The notes under the pieces: model-generated
Told to the model about the DNA's origin: nothing
The model's input: the letters and a program-made list of their open reading frames with translations, nothing else
Database searches by the model: none
Shown: positions 58,510 through 64,000 of the stretch, one piece after another
How the letters are laid out: each line of letters opens with the position of its first letter
How positions within the stretch are numbered: the stretch's first letter is position 1
Made by a program: the position numbers and the translations under genes
Assembly: GCA_964503885.1 (NCBI GenBank)
Contig: CAZDCD010000009.1
Location: 54,526-118,525 of the forward strand
DNA: 64,000 bases
Reading direction: 5' to 3'
DNA from: an uncultured Bacteroidales bacterium
GTDB taxonomy: Bacteria; Bacteroidota; Bacteroidia; Bacteroidales; UBA10428

Positions 58510-59625
58510 TTATTGTGGTTTAACCCTGCCCCATCTCAGGATGATCAGCACAATGCCTCCTGCCACAAAGGGAATACTGAGGATCTGTCCCATGTTCAGC
58601 GCCATAGTACGTTCAAATGTTTCCTGGTCTTCTTTCCAAAACTCAATGATGAACCTGGCCGTGAAAACCAGAACCAGGAATATCCCCAGGTAGATGCCGT
58701 TTTTCAGGGTAGTTCCCCTCGTATAATATATGCCCAGAAGCAAAAAGAATATGATCAGGTATGCAAGGGCTTCGTAAATCTGAGTCGGATGTTTCGGTAT
58801 TCCGTAGACACGTGCCTTTAGCACATAGTTCCTGTTTTCCTTTCCGATGGTATACACCAGTTGATTCACATTAGGATATACAACATTATCCTGGTATTCA
58901 CGATCGGTAAGCGCGTATTTAAGCCTGTTCTCGGCAAATGCAGCCACCAGTCTCTCGTCTTTTACCTTATTGGAAAACCGTACATTCAGATTGAGCGGAA
59001 CAGCATTGTCATATTTGATACTATCCTGCCCGGCTTTTGTAAAACTGATTTTCTCTATGTTTTCATCCTTCCGGTTTCCTGTTAACAATTTGCTGAAATC
59101 ATGTGCGAAAACAATACCATAATTTGAATGTGTCGGTTTTCCATAAATTTCCGAATTCATCAGGTTGCCGGTTCTTATCATAAAAGCGGCAAGTGCAACA
59201 AGAATAGCCAGATGGTCGAGTGTCCAGAGGTAAGATACCTTAGTCTTGCGCACGAAAAAATATATGGCAATAAGGATCCCTATTGCTCCGCCGTGGCTTG
59301 CCAATCCCTGATAGCCCGTGAACTGAAAGTCCTTGCCAATAGTACCCTTCCACGGAAGGATAATCTCAAGCGGATGATGGCTGTAATAGTCAAACTCATA
59401 AAAAAGGCAATGCCCGAGTCTGGCGCCGATTATCGTACCCAGCACAACATAAATGGTGAGTTTTTCCAAGAGTTCCGGGGGATAGCCTTCCTTTTTTAAC
59501 ATCCTGGCCATTAAAATATAACCGATCACGAATCCCGCAGCAAAAAGGAGGCTGTAATACCTGATTTCAAAACTTCCCAGATCAAGGAGTTGGGGTTTAA
59601 GGTTCCACACGATATAATTCAACAT
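58510..59625 (-). CDS. lgt: Prolipoprotein diacylglyceryl transferase with an enlarged periplasmic insert
   Basis: FEIRYYSLLFAAGFVIGY, GARLGHCLFYE, ASHGGAIG, RTGNLMNSEIYG and HPTQIYEAL. The track start at 59631 is a TTG; the ATG at 59625 gives 371 aa, against about 290 aa in E. coli. Confidence 0.88.
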   Translation of the reverse strand: MLNYIVWNLKPQLLDLGSFEIRYYSLLFAAGFVIGYILMARMLKKEGYPPELLEKLTIYVVLGTIIGARLGHCLFYEFDYYSHHPLEIILPWKGTIGKDFQFTGYQGLASHGGAIGILIAIYFFVRKTKVSYLWTLDHLAILVALAAFMIRTGNLMNSEIYGKPTHSNYGIVFAHDFSKLLTGNRKDENIEKISFTKAGQDSIKYDNAVPLNLNVRFSNKVKDERLVAAFAENRLKYALTDREYQDNVVYPNVNQLVYTIGKENRNYVLKARVYGIPKHPTQIYEALAYLIIFFLLLGIYYTRGTTLKNGIYLGIFLVLVFTARFIIEFWKEDQETFERTMALNMGQILSIPFVAGGIVLIILRWGRVKPQ

Positions 59626-59647
59626 ACGCAATGAATTGTTGTTTCTG

Positions 59648-59655
59648 CAAAACTA
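59648..59655 (-). promoter_or_regulatory. -7 promoter box for lgt
   Basis: Exact TAGTTTTG on the minus strand, 22 nt upstream of the ATG at 59625. Confidence 0.5.
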
Positions 59656-59755
59656 ATAAACTATGATCAAATAATTATCAAAGATGGATAAGTTTGAATG
59701 AGCTGAAGCAAAACACTTCAGATGTCCATTATTTTGCAGCTACAGCAATATTCTG

Positions 59756-59763
59756 TATTTTTG
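59756..59763 (+). promoter_or_regulatory. -7 promoter box for the Ig-like lipoprotein gene
   Basis: Exact TATTTTTG, 28 nt upstream of the TTG start at 59792. Confidence 0.45.
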
Positions 59764-59791
59764 AAAGTTATTATACCTAAAACTCCGGTTT

Positions 59792-61651
59792 TTGAAAAAA
59801 AAATGTATCGCCGTATTCACAGGAACCTGGCTGATTGTATGCCTGGTATTAATCTCCTGTGCCAAAGTTGGAACTCCTACCGGCGGACCGAAGGATACTG
59901 AACCTCCGGTAGTTGAGGAAAGTGAACCGGAAAACTATTCGACCGGTTTCAAAGGCGACCAGCTTGAAATAACATTCGATGAGTATATCCAGTTGAAGAA
60001 CATGGATAAAGAGCTGCTGATATCTCCCCCTCTTGAGAAAAGGCCCCTCACTAGACTCAAAAACAAGACCCTGATCGTGGATCTTAATAACGAATTAAAA
60101 GACAGCACCACCTATACGTTCAATTTCGGGAATGCCATTGTTGACAACAATGAAGGCAATCCCCTTTCAAATTTTGAATTTGTGATCTCCACAGGCAATG
60201 TCCTCGATTCCCTGGCAGTTACCGGTGAAGTCTTTCAGGCTTTTGACCTCAGGGCACCGAAAGACCCAGTTTTTATTTTGCTCCATACCGATCTGAATGA
60301 TTCTGCGATCTTTAATGAAATCCCAGTATACGTCGGAAAAACATACAAATCGGGAAATTTTGCCATTAATAACATAAAAACTGGCAGGTACGCCGTTTAT
60401 GCCCTGAAAGATGTAAACTCAAATTTGCGGTACGATCAGCCTGATGAAGAAATTGCTTTTATTGATTCCTCATTTTTGCTCGATCCTTCTCAGACTGCCT
60501 TCCATGAAAACCTGAGTATGGATACCGCCCTGATATTGAAATATGCCGATTCCACGTTTTTTGCCGATTCGCTTGTCCGGAATTTTATCCTGGATAAAAA
60601 AACCGGGGACACACTCCGGATTGAAACTAAAAAAACCTATACCTTGAATGTTAACCTGTCGCTGTTCAGGGAAAAACCCTCCGCTCAGTATATTACTGGC
60701 AGGGAGCGGGTTTCCAGGGAAAAACTGTTCTTTTCATTTAACCGGCCATTATACGACAGCCTTGTGCTTACTCCGTTGAATTTTAAGGTTACTCCGAGTA
60801 CTTTCCTGAGAGAATCTTCTGCAGCCAATGACAGCATAACCTATTGGATAACCGATTCTACTGTGGCTTCCCTTGATACGCTGGCGTTAACCCTTACCTA
60901 TTCGGCCCCAGACTCATTGCATACTATCGTTCCGCTTACCGATACAATTACTTTGCTTTACCGCGAAACACCGGCAAAGGAACCGACAGGAGGCAGGAGA
61001 TCAAAAAGTGCAAAACAGAATAATGCCGTATCGGACACCAGGCATTTCAGTATGAATATTCAGGAAAACGGAAAACTCGATTTGAACCGCAATATTCTTG
61101 TTCTTTCTGAAAAACCGGCATTCGACTTTGATCCGGGCTTAACCCGATTGGTAAAACGTATTGACAGTACAGAAACAATTGTGAATACGACTGTTACCCG
61201 GGATACTTCTTCGTTTCATAAGTTCGTTATCGCGGCCTCCTGGGAGGGATCAGCACAATACCGTATCACATTATATCCGGGAGCCTTCACCGATATTTAC
61301 GGCAATCAGAACGATACAATAAGCACACAATTCTCCGCCCGTGACCCTGAATATTATGGTTCTTTGATCCTGAATGCGACAGGAGTGAATTCACCGGTGA
61401 TCATACAATTGCTTGACGAAAGCGGCAACCTGGTCAGAAGCGGAAAGATAAGCCAGCCAGGGGTTATCAGGTTTCCCTATTTACCGCCTAAATCCTATAC
61501 GCTGAAGGCTGTTTTTGATGTGAACAATAATGGAATCTGGGATACAGGCAATTACCTGAAAAAGATCCAGCCGGAACGGGTATTATTCTATCCGCGGAAT
61601 ACTGATATCAGGTCAAACTGGGATGTTGAACTTTCCTGGAACATCCTTTAG
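59792..61651 (+). CDS. Lipoprotein with a bacterial Ig-like domain near the N-terminus
   Basis: Signal peptide plus lipobox (LVLISCAKVGTPTGGPKDTEPPVV), a pattern common to Bacteroidota Ig-like (SbsA/Big_5-type) lipoproteins. 619 aa. The only in-frame start is a TTG. Confidence 0.6.
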   Translation: MKKKCIAVFTGTWLIVCLVLISCAKVGTPTGGPKDTEPPVVEESEPENYSTGFKGDQLEITFDEYIQLKNMDKELLISPPLEKRPLTRLKNKTLIVDLNNELKDSTTYTFNFGNAIVDNNEGNPLSNFEFVISTGNVLDSLAVTGEVFQAFDLRAPKDPVFILLHTDLNDSAIFNEIPVYVGKTYKSGNFAINNIKTGRYAVYALKDVNSNLRYDQPDEEIAFIDSSFLLDPSQTAFHENLSMDTALILKYADSTFFADSLVRNFILDKKTGDTLRIETKKTYTLNVNLSLFREKPSAQYITGRERVSREKLFFSFNRPLYDSLVLTPLNFKVTPSTFLRESSAANDSITYWITDSTVASLDTLALTLTYSAPDSLHTIVPLTDTITLLYRETPAKEPTGGRRSKSAKQNNAVSDTRHFSMNIQENGKLDLNRNILVLSEKPAFDFDPGLTRLVKRIDSTETIVNTTVTRDTSSFHKFVIAASWEGSAQYRITLYPGAFTDIYGNQNDTISTQFSARDPEYYGSLILNATGVNSPVIIQLLDESGNLVRSGKISQPGVIRFPYLPPKSYTLKAVFDVNNNGIWDTGNYLKKIQPERVLFYPRNTDIRSNWDVELSWNIL

Positions 61652-63124
61652 GTACGATTTTTTAATCATATCATCTGTGATCATGGCTGAAGCAAGGCAA
61701 AGGGGAATGCCTCCCCCGGGATGTACGCTGCCGCCTACATAGTAAAGTCCCTTAACCTTTTTCGAAAAATTCGGATGCCTGCGAAAGGCCGCAAATATGC
61801 TGTTTGAACTGTTCCCGTATAACGAACCGTTGACCGATGATGTTTGCCGCTCGATCTTTCTCGGATCGAGGTATTCTTCGAACTCAATATACTCTTCTAT
61901 TGATGTGTTCAGTGCCTTGTTTATTTTACCGATGCAGTCCCTGCGGGCCTGATCCAGCAAAACATCCCAGTTCTGTCCGGAATTCGCCGGTGCATTGATC
62001 ATAACAAACCAGTTTTCACAACCACCGGGTGCATCGCCAGGTACCTTTTTTGAGCTGATGAACACATATACTGTCGGATCGTGATACAACATCTTTAGTC
62101 TGAATAAATGCCTGAACTCCTCTCTGTAATCGGCTGAAAAGAAAATATTGTGCAAGTCGAGCTCGTTAAATTCATTACGGATTCCCCAGTAAAAAACGAT
62201 AGCCGACAGGGAACGCTCGCGTTTTATAACCGATTTTGGAAACCGTATTCCTCTTAACATACGCATGGATTCTATCACATCAATATCGCTCACCACAATA
62301 TCCGCTGAAAATGTTCTTCCTTTTGCAATAATATTGGCGATCCGGTTCTTGTAGGCATGAATGGCTTCCACTTTTGAACAGTACTTAAATTCAATACCAA
62401 GTTCAGCGGCAAGCTTAAGTGTAGAATGAACGATATCAACCATTCCCCCGGATGGAAAATAAGCTCCCGTATTGTGCTCGAGATGGGATATCACATTAAG
62501 TGTTGCCGGAGCCCTGTAAGGATCAGACCCGTTATAAGTGGCATACCGGTCAAAAAGCTGTGCCAGACGGCTGTTCTTAAATCTCCTTTGATTGGCCCTG
62601 TGCATTGTGCTGAAGACATCAAGCCTCCACCAGTTAAGCAATGCCCTGACAAAACGCCATGAGAAAAAAGTACCTGCAGTATAAAACGATTGGAAAAGAA
62701 AAATATCCGATGTAAGTTTAAATAAGGTCTCGCTTTTTTTCAGAAATCGTTTTAAAACACGGGTATCAGATCCCAGTTTTTCCTGTACTTCTCCGGCAAA
62801 CCTGTCTGCATCCTGGTAAGCATTTATCCGCAACCCGTCAGGATAGAAATATTTACAGATGATTTCAAGTTTCTCGTAAGAGAAATAATCCTCAGGGATT
62901 TTCCCGGCTATCGTAAACAATTCATCGAGAAGTTCCGGAAGTGTTAACAGCGAGGGACCCATATCAAAACGGTACCCGTTTTTCCGAAACTCCGAGATCT
63001 TTCCGCCCGCATATTCGTTTTTTTCAAATACGGTAACTTTATAACCCCTGACAGCAAGCCTTATGGCAACAGCGATCCCTCCGATACCAGACCCTATTAC
63101 AGCCGCTTTCTTTTTTCTGACCAT
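61613..63124 (-). CDS. Phytoene desaturase-family FAD-dependent oxidoreductase (CrtI/CrtD-like)
   Basis: N-terminal dinucleotide fold (KAAVIGSGIGGIAVAIRLAVRGYKVTVFEKNEYAGGK), FDMGPSLLT and C-terminal YYVGGSVHPGGGIPLCLAS. 503 aa. No other carotenoid genes are nearby. Confidence 0.8.
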   Translation of the reverse strand: MVRKKKAAVIGSGIGGIAVAIRLAVRGYKVTVFEKNEYAGGKISEFRKNGYRFDMGPSLLTLPELLDELFTIAGKIPEDYFSYEKLEIICKYFYPDGLRINAYQDADRFAGEVQEKLGSDTRVLKRFLKKSETLFKLTSDIFLFQSFYTAGTFFSWRFVRALLNWWRLDVFSTMHRANQRRFKNSRLAQLFDRYATYNGSDPYRAPATLNVISHLEHNTGAYFPSGGMVDIVHSTLKLAAELGIEFKYCSKVEAIHAYKNRIANIIAKGRTFSADIVVSDIDVIESMRMLRGIRFPKSVIKRERSLSAIVFYWGIRNEFNELDLHNIFFSADYREEFRHLFRLKMLYHDPTVYVFISSKKVPGDAPGGCENWFVMINAPANSGQNWDVLLDQARRDCIGKINKALNTSIEEYIEFEEYLDPRKIERQTSSVNGSLYGNSSNSIFAAFRRHPNFSKKVKGLYYVGGSVHPGGGIPLCLASAMITDDMIKKSYLKDVPGKFNIPV

Positions 63125-63144
63125 GAAAAAAGTGTTAATCCGGA

Positions 63145-63861
63145 TCAGTTTAATCGTGTCAGGGCAAGTGATGCAATGCTTACCCTGGTTTCCGGAATTT
63201 TAAGGATTGTATTTGAACAGGCTTCCATTGTGGCACCAGTAGTGACGACATCATCCACAAGCAATACATGCTTGCGGTGAAATACTTCGGGCCTTAAAAC
63301 TGTAAATACTCCCTGAACGTTCTCCCACCTTTCATACCTGGTTTTCCTTGTTTGTGTCAATGTCTCCGTATTCCGTGCAATGGCGTTTGTGATTGCCGGT
63401 ACGCCGAGCACCTCCGAGATGCCCCTTGCTATAAGCTCACTCTGGTTAAAACCCCTGATTCTGAGTTTTCTAAAATGGAGCGGAATGCAATGGATTAGAT
63501 CCACGTCCGCAAGGTTTGTTTTCCGGATCTCGCTGCCGAATTTTCTTCCCATCTCAATGCCTATATACTGCCGGCTGTTGTATTTCAGCTGATGCAGAAT
63601 GTTCTGGTATTTACTGCCTTTCATGTAATAGAAGTAAGATATGGCATACTGAATCTCCGATCTTCCCCAGAAAAGCTCTGAGATCTTATTGTTTTTCAGA
63701 TCCCTGTTTTCGACTCTGGGTAAATGATACGAACACCGGGAACATAACACCTGTTCCTGCCTTAAAAGGTTAATACCGCATACCACACAAATCTTCGGAT
63801 AAAGAAGTCCCAGAAAATCAGTAAAAAGCCTGACGAAATATCCTGCAGCTATTGCTTTCAC
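63145..63861 (-). CDS. comF: ComF-family protein (phosphoribosyltransferase domain)
   Basis: N-terminal Cys pairs (C.VC......C..C) and a C-terminal PRPP loop (VLLVDDVVTTGATMEA). The GTG start overlaps the stop of the upstream gene (GTGA). Confidence 0.8.
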   Translation of the reverse strand: MKAIAAGYFVRLFTDFLGLLYPKICVVCGINLLRQEQVLCSRCSYHLPRVENRDLKNNKISELFWGRSEIQYAISYFYYMKGSKYQNILHQLKYNSRQYIGIEMGRKFGSEIRKTNLADVDLIHCIPLHFRKLRIRGFNQSELIARGISEVLGVPAITNAIARNTETLTQTRKTRYERWENVQGVFTVLRPEVFHRKHVLLVDDVVTTGATMEACSNTILKIPETRVSIASLALTRLN

Positions 63862-64000
63862 AGAATTTTGATTTCGTATGAAAGGTTCATGGCTTTACGA
63901 TATGTTGCACTCACTCCGCAATAGGTATCCTGTGAAAGTCTGCACGCTTTCTCAAGTTTATCCATCGGCAGATCTTTCCCTTTAAATTCGTAAATGATAT
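63858..64000 (-). CDS. OsmC-family protein, C-terminal fragment (5-prime end outside the window)
   Basis: Not in the ORF track. My minus-strand translation ends ...IIYEFKGKDLPMDKLEKACRLSQDTYCGVSATYRKAMNLSYEIKIL*. The Y-C-x-V-S motif near the C-terminus is typical of OsmC/Ohr-like proteins. Confidence 0.55.
   Translation of the reverse strand, partial: IIYEFKGKDLPMDKLEKACRLSQDTYCGVSATYRKAMNLSYEIKIL

Noticed and set aside
1-64000. Search by eye for CRISPR arrays, tandem repeats, IS elements, transposases, integrases, phage genes, toxin-antitoxin pairs and known defence genes
   Set aside because: I found none. Every ORF longer than about 140 aa that is not antisense has a housekeeping or envelope-type assignment. 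No regularly spaced direct repeats are visible in any intergenic gap. I therefore do not claim an accessory island or a defence system.

Overview
This window is a densely coding chromosomal segment (about 53 CDS on both strands) that I assign to phylum Bacteroidota. The evidence is a type III glutamine synthetase, a gldA-like ABC ATPase, a T9SS C-terminal-sorting-domain protein and DUF4270/DUF5686-type proteins. In addition, exact matches to the Bacteroidota primary-sigma -7 box TAnnTTTG lie just upstream of 14 annotated start codons and one unannotated small ORF.

The content is overwhelmingly housekeeping: rpoN, asnS, metK, glmS, panC, panD, radA, serS, rpmA-rplU, glnN plus glnA, der, era, lptB, tatC, recQ, gpmA and lgt. 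It also holds:
- a nucleotide-sugar precursor cluster (Wbp-type UDP-GlcNAc3NAcA genes, gmd-fcl, galE, rfbB);
- a six-PAS hybrid histidine kinase followed 13 nt later by a QxxRW-type GT2 synthase;
- a CDF plus HMA-permease metal-efflux pair.

I see no rRNA, tRNA, CRISPR array, transposase, integrase, phage gene or recognisable defence gene, and no compositional island obvious by eye. I therefore do not find a convincing new multi-gene system.

The best leads, all moderate, are:
1. a flavodoxin gene whose 3-prime half is missing exactly where the metal-efflux pair begins;
2. a half-length GlgA-like protein lacking the KTGGL motif, translationally coupled to a large lipoprotein and followed by glmS;
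3. the PAS-kinase/GT2-synthase pair;
4. a split Wbp pathway that may feed T9SS-linked glycan synthesis;
5. a GC-rich palindromic element after lptB;
6. an L21 protein doubled in size by a Lys/Ala-rich tail;
7. a 0.5 kb orphan non-coding region carrying a promoter box and a 53-codon Cys-rich ORF.

Several ORF-track starts were shortened to internal ATG codons where the track had extended to upstream TTG/GTG codons.
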